From assembly GCA_035250975.1 (NCBI GenBank), contig DATFEP010000061.1, forward strand, positions 96,001-160,000: a stretch of 64,000 bases of DNA, written 5' to 3'. This document shows positions 1 through 8,567 of this stretch, piece by piece. Positions within the stretch are counted from its first letter, which is position 1, and the number at the start of each line of letters is the position of its first letter. Position numbers and translations under genes: made by a program. The notes below the pieces were generated by a model. The model saw nothing but the letters and a program-made list of their open reading frames with translations, made no database searches and was not told the origin of the DNA. Source of the DNA: Nitrososphaeraceae archaeon. GTDB lineage: Archaea; Thermoproteota; Nitrososphaeria; Nitrososphaerales; Nitrososphaeraceae.

Positions 1-472
1 TTAACTCTACAATTTTGTTATTTTCGTTTATGAGCTTACCTATCTCTTCTATTTCATGATCATATATTTCAAAATAATTTTCGGGAGCCAAATGTCCTAT
101 TACATCAACATGCTCATTTTTAATAGTTTTTTTGAGGAGCTCTAACCATTTATTTTTATCTTGAAACGTTGTATGAAAACTTGCAACAATAAAAAATTTT
201 CTTGCAACATTTTCATTGCAATCTATATTTCCATCAGATAAAATTTTTGCCTCAAATCCGACTATTATTTTAATTTTATTTTTTTGTTTATATTGTTCTA
301 TCTCTTTAATGTAATCATTAATCCATTCAGAGGACCTTCTTACATGTTCTGTAAATGCAATACATTCTAATCCTATTTTCTTCGCCTCTTCAATAGCATT
401 TTTTATTGTTAAATTAAGTTCTGAGTGATCATTATAATTTGCGTGAATATGAAAATCTTGTCTAATGTTCAT
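1..472 (-). CDS. PHP-domain metal-dependent phosphoesterase (3' end runs off the window)
   Basis: Not in ORF track. Read from ATG at 472: MNIRQDFHIHANYNDHS...GLECIAFTEH...GFEAKI...VASFH...DVIGHL. The DxHxH, TEH, GxE, SxH and GH motifs are typical of the PHP family. Confidence 0.85.
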   Translation of the reverse strand, partial: MNIRQDFHIHANYNDHSELNLTIKNAIEEAKKIGLECIAFTEHVRRSSEWINDYIKEIEQYKQKNKIKIIVGFEAKILSDGNIDCNENVARKFFIVASFHTTFQDKNKWLELLKKTIKNEHVDVIGHLAPENYFEIYDHEIEEIGKLINENNKIVEL

Positions 473-622
473 ACAAGCAATTAAATAATTATTTTATAAA
501 AATCTATAATATCACAAAAACCCTAAAATTTTTTATGTAAATATTTGATGCATTACAAATATGCAAGATACATAATTAAATGAACATGTAATTTAATTAT
601 TACGTATTAATTTAAATTTGTA

Positions 623-1555
623 ATGATAAATTTGAATGTGCTGGTTCCAGGTGCCGGTGGGCCTGCAGCAATAAATACAATAAAATCCTTAAGATTATCT
701 AAATTTGATGGACAGATAGTCTCAACAGACTCCGATCCACTTTCAGCTGGTTTTTTCCTTAGTGATTCATATTATGTTGTTCCTATTGTAAGCGACAAAT
801 CATTTATAGATAAATTGATAAAAATTATTAAAAAAAATAATATTAAAGTTTTGATGCCTTCATCAGGATATGATATCTATCAATATAGTATTCATAATCA
901 GTTATTATCTGAAATGGGTGTGCAAGCAGTAGTAAGCAGGAAAGAAGTTTTAGATGTCTGCCAAGATAAATTATTATCATTTAAAAAACTCTCAAACAGA
1001 TTCCCATTTGCTTTTTCAACACTTTACTTTGAGCAAATTGATAAATTTCCTGTTATAGCTAAACCTCGCTTTGGAAAGGGTAGTAAAGATATTATCAAAA
1101 TCGAAGATCTCACTGATTTAAACTATGTGACTGCAAAATATAATAATATGATATTTCAAGAATATCTTCCAGGAGTTGAATATTCAGTTGACGTTCTTTC
1201 TGATCTAAATGAAAATCCTCTTATTGCCATTCCAAGAATACGGATTCAAACAAAAGCAGGAATCTCTGTCAAAGGTAAAATCATCAGAAATCAATCTATT
1301 GAGAATTTGTGTATGGATTTGGCAAAACATCTCGGAATTAAAGGTCCGTGTGTTATACAATTAAAACAATCTGAATCTGGAGAATTGAAAATAATTGAAA
1401 TCAATCCCAGATTTGGTGGAGGTACTTTTTTCTCTACACTTGCTGGAATTAATTTTCCTGCTTTAATTTTAGATATGGTTTGTAATAAAGAAATAGTACT
1501 TCGAGAAGTTTCAGAAATTACGATTCTGAGATACTATGAAGAAGTAGTACTCTAG
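623..1555 (+). CDS. ATP-grasp protein (carbamoyl-phosphate synthase large-subunit-like / PylC-like)
   Basis: N-terminal VLVPGAGG, KPRFGKGSK, FQEYLPGVEYSVD and IIEINPRFGGG ATP-grasp motifs. Confidence 0.85.
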   Translation: MINLNVLVPGAGGPAAINTIKSLRLSKFDGQIVSTDSDPLSAGFFLSDSYYVVPIVSDKSFIDKLIKIIKKNNIKVLMPSSGYDIYQYSIHNQLLSEMGVQAVVSRKEVLDVCQDKLLSFKKLSNRFPFAFSTLYFEQIDKFPVIAKPRFGKGSKDIIKIEDLTDLNYVTAKYNNMIFQEYLPGVEYSVDVLSDLNENPLIAIPRIRIQTKAGISVKGKIIRNQSIENLCMDLAKHLGIKGPCVIQLKQSESGELKIIEINPRFGGGTFFSTLAGINFPALILDMVCNKEIVLREVSEITILRYYEEVVL

Positions 1556-1579
1556 ATAACATAATTTCGCTAATCCATT

Positions 1580-2160
1580 AATCTCTTTAGATATCTTACA
1601 GTATTCACATGATATCATGTATCTCTAGTTACTACGAATGAATATTTCAAATCATCAAACGAAATATGACGACAACAGGAAAGTATTAGGTACTTGCCTT
1701 GACTCCAGCAATTCTCTACGGCATTAAAATCTAGTGAACTAACAAGAAAGTATTCTATTCTTTTTACATGGATCTGGAGCTGTTACAGAAGGTATTTAAT
1801 TTTTAGAAATCCATTTCTTCATTCTTATCAAATAGTGCCATACAAAGATAGATCATATCGTAATGCCATTTTCTTGTAAATCAGATTCATTACTTGTTTG
1901 AATCTAATCCTCTCTTGTTGTCTTCTAATTCCCGTCATATTTTTAATATTGTAACCTTTACATCCGTAGATCTACCACTTCATGTTATATCTTCTACTCC
2001 ATTTAGTCTTTATGAAATTTATATAATGATCTATCCGTCCGCAAAGTCGATTTGTTTAATTGATTTTCTGCAACCCAACTGCTTCTAGCTTGTCTACTTC
2101 AAAACTTGTTACATACAGCTTACTTTCTTCTATACTTGCATCTTTTCTATACTCATTATC
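1580..2160 (-). mobile_element. Degraded IS630-family transposase remnant
   Basis: Minus-strand fragments FKQVMNLIYKK (about 1869-1902, winged-HTH region) and SSLDFNAVENCWSQGKY (about 1690-1740, resembles the IS630 DDE motif SPxxNxxExxW). Interrupted by stops and frameshifts; boundaries approximate. Confidence 0.7.
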
Positions 2161-2328
2161 TAAGTCTAATTTAGACAATAAAACACATCCTAAATTAGGA
2201 AACTAAATTAGTTACGCTAAAAACTAGATACTAGTATGTTTATTTAAATTATCTATTGCTTTATGCCACGACTCAATAATCGATAAGATGAACTAAATTT
2301 TTGGCAGGAACAAATTAACAAAAATTTT

Positions 2329-2390
2329 TTCTTATATAAAGGTGGATTTATCTTTTCAATTCTTATATAAAGGTGGATTTATCTTTTCAA
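2329..2390. repeat. Exact 31-bp tandem duplication (ttcttatataaaggtggatttatcttttcaa x2)
   Basis: Copies at 2329-2359 and 2360-2390 read directly. Confidence 0.95.
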
Positions 2391-2500
2391 AATTCATGAA
2401 AATCATAGTTGCGAAACAAACCAATAATTATTATAGTTTATTGATCTCAGAATATTAATAAATCAAACAGATTTTTATAGAGTTTGTAAGAATATGTATT

Positions 2501-3877
2501 CTACCTCCAGGTTTTATTTTTTATTGTGATTGCAGCATAAATTAACAGCCAAGTAAAAAGGAAAGTTGATAATAAATTCATCAATGGTCTGTAAAACCAT
2601 CTTGAATAACCCGGTCTTCTCAATCTAACGTCAATACCATACATTAAACCTGCAAATGCTGCACCTGAAAGATAAAGTAATCCACTAAGATAATCTCCTG
2701 ATAACGGTAACAAAATAAGTGATTTTATAATTATATATGGTCTGAATAATCTCAACACTATAGTGACATAATAAAAAATGGCAGCAGGTAACGGCCTCTG
2801 CCAATATATTGAACCAGTAGCAAATATACTTCTAATAAAACTCTTCCTCCATCGTATTTGTTGTTTGATTAGGGAACCTAAGGTATCTGGAACCCCTATC
2901 TCTACATTAACCTTTAAACTATATTTTAATTTCCATAACTTTATTTTATTATCATTGAATTCAATAATTGTCTTATTTCTGTGTATATCCTTATCCAAAT
3001 CTTTCACCTTTTCAAGGACAAATGCAGTAAGTCTTCTGTCTGTGGCAAATCTAAAATCGATCCCTAAAAAACGATCGTTAGCCCATTTATCCATATATTG
3101 TTTCACTGCTTCCCTTCTAAAAGCCGATAACGCACCAGAACAACAAGTAAGAGATGAAAAGGAACTCTCCATTCCTTTTAGGATTCTGTATTGACCATCA
3201 AACCAAACATCTTGAATTTTTTCTAGTAAATTGCCTTTTTCCGCATTCCGAACTCTTCCATGTGCTGTAATAGCTCCAATTTCCTTATCTGATAGAAATA
3301 TTTTAACTGCATTTGTGATAGCATCTCTTGCCATATTGCAATCACTGTCCATAAAAAAATAAAACTCGCCTTTTGCTATTTTTATAGCTTCTTTTATAGC
3401 GTGTTTTTTGCCTAAATTTACTGGCAAATGTATTATAACTAAATTTGCATTACTTTTTTTTATCTGCTCTAGAATAATTGGTGTTTTGTCTGTACTTGCA
3501 TCATTAACTATGATGATTTCTTTATACCCATATGACGAATTTATGCAAGATTCTATACATCTTTCTATATTTCCTTCTTCATTTTTAACTGGAATAACAA
3601 TTGATACTAACGGGCTCTCCTTTGACGGATTGTCTTTCTTAATCTCATTAAAGGGATCTCTATATCTCAAGTATGACAAAGAAAATAAGGTAAATAAAAT
3701 AAATGTTGTAAGGACACTATAAAATCCAACTGTAAAATCTATAATGAAAATCATGAAATATATTTTTATTATCAAAATAATCGCCATAGCAGCAAGTATA
3801 AGATATCTCAATACCCATCTCCTCTTGCTCATTTCACGAGATTTGATTGACCCTTGTTCTATAATCATTTCTATCAC
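2501..3877 (-). CDS. Processive GT2 glycosyltransferase, hyaluronan synthase/NodC-like
   Basis: N-terminal TM helices, VNDAS, GKKHA, FMDSD, CCSGALSAFR, ATDRRLT, QQIRWRKSF (QxxRW), C-terminal TM helices ending TIKNKTWR. Confidence 0.85.
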   Translation of the reverse strand: MIEMIIEQGSIKSREMSKRRWVLRYLILAAMAIILIIKIYFMIFIIDFTVGFYSVLTTFILFTLFSLSYLRYRDPFNEIKKDNPSKESPLVSIVIPVKNEEGNIERCIESCINSSYGYKEIIIVNDASTDKTPIILEQIKKSNANLVIIHLPVNLGKKHAIKEAIKIAKGEFYFFMDSDCNMARDAITNAVKIFLSDKEIGAITAHGRVRNAEKGNLLEKIQDVWFDGQYRILKGMESSFSSLTCCSGALSAFRREAVKQYMDKWANDRFLGIDFRFATDRRLTAFVLEKVKDLDKDIHRNKTIIEFNDNKIKLWKLKYSLKVNVEIGVPDTLGSLIKQQIRWRKSFIRSIFATGSIYWQRPLPAAIFYYVTIVLRLFRPYIIIKSLILLPLSGDYLSGLLYLSGAAFAGLMYGIDVRLRRPGYSRWFYRPLMNLLSTFLFTWLLIYAAITIKNKTWR

Positions 3878-4160
3878 AATTTCATTCTTTCATGTTGGTT
3901 GACATTTTTTATACTATTTTTATTTCAGATACGAAATTCGATATTAAATATAATAGTAGATTATATTTAATCTGATTATCATAAAAATTTATTGTGATGT
4001 TAAGTTTATTAAAACAAATAATGTGAATTTATAAGGATTATTAAAGAAAGCATATATAGTTAATATTATTTATTTATATTATTATGTATTTATTGTTCAT
4101 AAACCGTTATCGTCGTAACATAGGATTTTTTACATATTATAATCAATCTACGGAATCTGG

Positions 4161-4892
4161 GTGCGAAAAATGCAAATAGTAAAGGTTAGTTCTGTATCAT
4201 TCGAATATGGTTCGGAGAAAATTCTAGACGATATTTCTTTCGATGTGAATGAAGGTGATTTTCTGGGGATTATCGGACCAAATGGTGCGGGTAAGACCAC
4301 TTTATTTTTTTGTATGCTTGGTTTAATAGATGGATATACTGGCGAAATAAAAATATTTGGGGAAAATATTAGAAGAAATAAGAAAATTTTAAAACAAATT
4401 GGCTATATCCCACAAAGAAAATCTATTGACAGAAGGTTTCCACTTACTATAAAAGAATTGGTTTCTCTTTCAATTACAAACAAATCATATGTTGACAATG
4501 TGGATAAAGTCATAAGATATGTTGACCTTTATGATAATCGAAATAAAATAATTGGTCAATTATCAGGTGGACAGCAACAACGTGTTTTAATTGCAAAGGC
4601 ACTCGTTAATAATCCTAAAATGTTGATGTTAGACGAACCAACAAACGAACTTGATCAAACAAGTCAAGATAATTTCTATCTCCTTTTAAAGCAACTGAAT
4701 GATGAAGAAAAAATTACTATTATATGGACATCACACGATCTGGACGCAGTAAATCGACTCTCTAATAAAATATCCTGCATTAATAAAAAAATGTTTTACC
4801 ATGGAACAAAAGACGACTTCTTCTCTAATGATAACAATTTAAAAAAATACTCTGAATCACAGATGCAAATTCATATGCATAGTCATTATTAA
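4161..4892 (+). CDS. znuC: Zn/Mn ABC transporter ATP-binding protein (ZnuC-like)
   Basis: GPNGAGKTT, IGYIPQ, LSGGQQQR, LMLDEP, His-containing C-terminus. Confidence 0.9.
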   Translation: MRKMQIVKVSSVSFEYGSEKILDDISFDVNEGDFLGIIGPNGAGKTTLFFCMLGLIDGYTGEIKIFGENIRRNKKILKQIGYIPQRKSIDRRFPLTIKELVSLSITNKSYVDNVDKVIRYVDLYDNRNKIIGQLSGGQQQRVLIAKALVNNPKMLMLDEPTNELDQTSQDNFYLLLKQLNDEEKITIIWTSHDLDAVNRLSNKISCINKKMFYHGTKDDFFSNDNNLKKYSESQMQIHMHSHY

Positions 4893-4925
4893 TAAAATGA
4901 GATTTGAAGTTGAATGTTGATTTAA

Positions 4926-5747
4926 ATGCAAGAATTTTTTGATTTTTTTTCGTTCGGATATATTCAACGAGCCTTATTCTCAGGCATTTCAATTGCAATA
5001 ATGTGTTCATTAATTGGATTATTTCTTGTTTTAAGAAAACAATCACTTTTTGGGGATGCGATTTCTCATATGGCTTTTGGTGGAATAGCTATAGGCACAT
5101 ATTTGAATATTTACCCCTTCTGGACTGCAATAATTTTTTCTGCTTCATCTGCCCTGATGATAAATAAAATACGATATTATACTAAGCTGACCTCGGACTC
5201 AATGGTTGCTGTCTTGTTATCTTTTGGTCTTGGAATGGGAGTAACTTTGATAAGCATATCCGATGGTTTTTCTGTTGATCTATTCAGTTTTCTTTTTGGA
5301 AGCATCCTGTTGGTAAGCTATGAAGATGTATTAATGACTGTTGGAATCGCTATTATTGTTACGTCTATAATTGGTATATTTTTCAAAAAATTTATTTATG
5401 TTACTTTTGATGAAGATCAAGCAAAAATTAGTGGTTTGCATGTTGAACAACTTGATTATTTATTTATAGTTTTGGTTGCAGTATCTGTAATAGTTTCTAT
5501 GAAGTTAGTTGGAATTCTTCTTATATCTTCCTTGATAGTCATTCCAAATATTGCATCGTTGATGTTAAATCAAGGTTTTAAAAGAACTCTTTTTATTTCT
5601 ATAATAATATCTGCATGTTCTGTTTTTTTTGGGATAATTCTTTCATATTATTTTAATACTGCTCCAAGTGGCATGATTGTATTGTTATCAGTTGGTATTT
5701 TCATTGCGGTTATAATATCCAAATATTTTTATCAAAATATTACTTAA
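4926..5747 (+). CDS. znuB: Zn/Mn ABC transporter permease (ZnuB-like, ABC-3)
   Basis: GDAISHMAFGG, LFSFLFGSIL, FDEDQA, VGILLISSL; follows znuC. Confidence 0.9.
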   Translation: MQEFFDFFSFGYIQRALFSGISIAIMCSLIGLFLVLRKQSLFGDAISHMAFGGIAIGTYLNIYPFWTAIIFSASSALMINKIRYYTKLTSDSMVAVLLSFGLGMGVTLISISDGFSVDLFSFLFGSILLVSYEDVLMTVGIAIIVTSIIGIFFKKFIYVTFDEDQAKISGLHVEQLDYLFIVLVAVSVIVSMKLVGILLISSLIVIPNIASLMLNQGFKRTLFISIIISACSVFFGIILSYYFNTAPSGMIVLLSVGIFIAVIISKYFYQNIT

Positions 5748-5842
5748 TATTTTCAGTAAAACTTCAAGAGTCAAATAAATATGTATGTATTATGCTTAGC
5801 CTTTACAGAAAATAAGATAGGTCTATCCATAAAAAGATGTAT

Positions 5843-6538
5843 TTAAGTCATCTCATTTATAACCTGATCAAATACTGAATATGGATATGCTCCCTGTATT
5901 GCAACTGGCGTAGTACCATTGTATAGAATAAATGACGGAGTACTTGTTAAACCAATACTTCTTGCTAGCTTATCATTTTCACTTACTAGGGAATTGTATT
6001 TATGTAATTCAACACAGTCAGAAAACTTCATTAAATCAGGCACTCTGACGTTATTAGCAAATTGTTTCAAGCTGTCTTTAGTTACCCACCCAGTATTCTC
6101 TCCATTTGAATTTCTATACAATTCATCATGATAATCCCAATATTTGCCTTGTTCTGCTGCACAATACGATGCCTCAGCTGCTAATGTAGATGACTTATCA
6201 CTAGGAAGATCGTTTACTATAAAATCTTTGAAAATAAATCTAACTTTTCCAGTTTCCACAAAATTTGTGACCAAAGAATTCTTAGTTTCCTTATTAAAGC
6301 GTGCGCAAAAGGGACATTGATAATCTCCAAATTCAACTATAGTTAATTTCGATTTGTCTTCTCCTATAGCAGATGCATTAGCAGTTATTGGTTGAACCAA
6401 ATTACGAATGATATCCTGAGCTTGTTCAGAATCTGGAATGGAATTATTTTTTGGAGCAAAATTGAGAAAACCTGCTAAAGTTCCAACAAACATTATTGCC
6501 ATCAGTGTAATACTCGCTATTACAATTTTTTTCCTCAT
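5843..6538 (-). CDS. DsbA-family thioredoxin-fold oxidoreductase, membrane-anchored
   Basis: N-terminal TM, EFGDYQCPFC, STPSF cis-Pro loop, GAYPY. Confidence 0.9.
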   Translation of the reverse strand: MRKKIVIASITLMAIMFVGTLAGFLNFAPKNNSIPDSEQAQDIIRNLVQPITANASAIGEDKSKLTIVEFGDYQCPFCARFNKETKNSLVTNFVETGKVRFIFKDFIVNDLPSDKSSTLAAEASYCAAEQGKYWDYHDELYRNSNGENTGWVTKDSLKQFANNVRVPDLMKFSDCVELHKYNSLVSENDKLARSIGLTSTPSFILYNGTTPVAIQGAYPYSVFDQVINEMT

Positions 6539-6638
6539 ATTTTATGAATACAATAAAACTTCTTATTAATCATGTGGCTCATAAACAGGTCGATTATGTT
6601 CAGAACAATTAAATCTTGGTCTGTCTCCTTTTACACAC

Positions 6639-6803
6639 ATGAGTACTGGAGGACTAGGGAGTGTTACCTATGACTGCATGAGATGTGGGACTGGTGTCAC
6701 AATTGAGGAATTATCGACATTACCCGAAATAAAATGCATTTGCGGTTTCAGAGTATTTAGAAAAGCTAGACAACCGGTAGTAAAACAAATCAAGGCAATC
6801 TAA
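6639..6803 (+). CDS. rpo12: DNA-directed RNA polymerase subunit Rpo12 (RpoP), 54 aa
   Basis: Not in ORF track. MSTGGLGSVTYDCMRCG...IKCICGFRVFRKARQPVVKQIKAI: Zn ribbon plus the C-terminal pattern characteristic of Rpo12. Confidence 0.9.
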   Translation: MSTGGLGSVTYDCMRCGTGVTIEELSTLPEIKCICGFRVFRKARQPVVKQIKAI

Positions 6804-6894
6804 TCGATTTTGGGTCCTTTAATAGCGAAAGAAATTTAAATTAAATGGCTATAGTATAGTTTATTGCCTTCTTAAGATTATATTATATTATAAA

Positions 6895-7068
6895 ATGAAA
6901 ATAATATGTCCAGATTGTAAAAAAACTGCTCATTTAACCGATGATTTTACTCTAGTAAAATGCACGTATTGTTCTCTTGAACTAAGTTATGGGGAATACG
7001 TTAAATATATCGCATACAAAGATCCTAGATATAGTGATATTTTGAGTGATTACAAAAGAAACACCTGA
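6895..7068 (+). CDS. Small Zn-finger protein (CPxC...CxxC), 57 aa, function unknown
   Basis: Not in ORF track. MKIICPDCKKTAHLTDDFTLVKCTYCSLELSYGEYVKYIAYKDPRYSDILSDYKRNT; AT-rich TATA-like sequence upstream. Confidence 0.75.
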   Translation: MKIICPDCKKTAHLTDDFTLVKCTYCSLELSYGEYVKYIAYKDPRYSDILSDYKRNT

Positions 7069-7089
7069 AAGTTCTATAAGAATAAAATA

Positions 7090-7486
7090 ATAGCTACAAA
7101 CACCAGAATCATACCTCTTCCATATTTTCCACTCGCGAATATAGAAAGTGTTTACTAGCAACTATGTTTTACGCCTTGAAATGCAAGCACAAATTACCAT
7201 TTATATACTGCTTGAAATGCTACTCATAAGCATCATTTGCTTTTGCGTTTTTTACCAATCTAGATACTCTTCATTGATAGATTTGTTTTGGAAGAACTTT
7301 GTAATCATTCCTGATTCATAACATCTCTTTTTATCTACAAATGGTTTTATCCTGCTGTTACAATACGAAAACTGAATCCCAGAAAATACAAATATAGTTC
7401 ATACATGATTACCTGGCTGGATGCAGTTTCACGTTCTGATAAACCCAATAGAGTATCAGAAAATAGTTAACCTCTAGTTTTTACCT
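7090..7486 (-). mobile_element. Degraded IS6-family transposase remnant
   Basis: Minus-strand fragments ERETASSQVIMYELYLYFLGFSFR, KPFVDKKR and a frameshifted segment resembling ISxxRNxxVAxxF...KYG match archaeal IS6 transposase patterns; multiple stops. Confidence 0.7.
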
Positions 7487-7587
7487 CTGTTTTAACATAA
7501 CAGCATCATTACTTATCCGAATATCCTAATTTGGCAGAAGTAGCTACTTATTCATTTTTATTATTCTTATTTCTATATTTCAATAAA

Positions 7588-7890
7588 ATGAGTATTAGTG
7601 AAAAAAAGATTAATGAATTAAGACCAGGAATGAGAGGAATAAATGTCAAAGTAAAAGTAGATAGCATATCTGAACCAAGGAATGTTAATTTAAGAACTGG
7701 TGGCCAAGCCAAGGTAGCAGATGCTCAAGTGTCTGATGAAACAGGCGTTATCAAATTATCGTTATGGGATGATCAAATCAATATGATTGAAGAAGGTGAT
7801 ATGATATTGATTGAAAATGGGTATACTCACGCGTTCAGGGGAGAAAATAACCTCAATATAGGAAAATACGGCAAAATTGTAAAATTATAA
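7588..7890 (+). CDS. ssb: Single OB-fold single-stranded DNA-binding protein (crenarchaeal-type SSB)
   Basis: KINELRPGM...DETGVIKLSLW...GENNLNIGKYG. ATG 7588 preferred over the track start at 7531. Confidence 0.85.
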   Translation: MSISEKKINELRPGMRGINVKVKVDSISEPRNVNLRTGGQAKVADAQVSDETGVIKLSLWDDQINMIEEGDMILIENGYTHAFRGENNLNIGKYGKIVKL

Positions 7891-7963
7891 GTCAGATAGC
7901 ATAAAAGACTAAATTTTATATATTCCTAAATTATATCAACGAACAATCCAGTTCTGAGATAAG

Positions 7964-7970
7964 TTATAAA
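7964..7970 (+). promoter_or_regulatory. Probable TATA box of ppa (leaderless transcript)
   Basis: TTATAAA preceded by purine-rich GAGATAAG, about 23-29 nt before the GTG at 7993. Confidence 0.5.
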
Positions 7971-7992
7971 TGGGAAATATAGAATCGGAAGT

Positions 7993-8532
7993 GTGAACGA
8001 CAAGGTATTACCTATAAATAAAATTTCAAGCGGAACGATAGACAATATTAATGTAGTTATTGAAATCCCTAAGGGCAGTAATATCAAATATGAGATTGAT
8101 AAGGAAACTGGTGCACTATTTGTTGACAGGAAATTATTTACGGCAATGTTTTATCCAACCAATTATGGTTTCGTCCCATCTACACTTGAAGGTGACGGTG
8201 ATCCTGTTGATGTTTTAGTACTGGGAGAATTCACAGTAATCCCACTTTCCGTTATTCGGGCAGTTCCCATCGGTGTCCTATATACTGAGGATGAAGAAGG
8301 TCAAGATTCCAAAATTATTGCTATCCCCATAAAAAAAATAGATTCAAGTTTTTCACCAATAAATGACGTTAATGATATACCAGATATTACCAAAAAACAG
8401 ATCCAACATTTCTTTGAACATTATAAGGAATTAGAAGGAGGAAAATATGTGAAAATTTCTGGATGGGGAAACAAAGAGGCAGCTCAAAAAAAGATTTCAG
8501 AAGCTATTGACAGATTTTCTAACTCAAACTAG
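7993..8532 (+). CDS. ppa: Family I inorganic pyrophosphatase
   Basis: EIPKGS, KYEIDK, YPTNYG, DGDPVDV, HFFEHYKELE. Confidence 0.97.
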   Translation: MNDKVLPINKISSGTIDNINVVIEIPKGSNIKYEIDKETGALFVDRKLFTAMFYPTNYGFVPSTLEGDGDPVDVLVLGEFTVIPLSVIRAVPIGVLYTEDEEGQDSKIIAIPIKKIDSSFSPINDVNDIPDITKKQIQHFFEHYKELEGGKYVKISGWGNKEAAQKKISEAIDRFSNSN

Positions 8533-8567
8533 ATTCATAATTGAAGTGGAAAAACAATTGTAATAAG

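Noticed and set aside
1894-2088. 64-aa plus-strand ORF
   Set aside because: It is antisense to the IS630 relic and has no recognisable motif.
2329-2390. 31-bp repeat as a CRISPR array
   Set aside because: The two copies are directly adjacent with no spacer, and there are no cas genes in the window.
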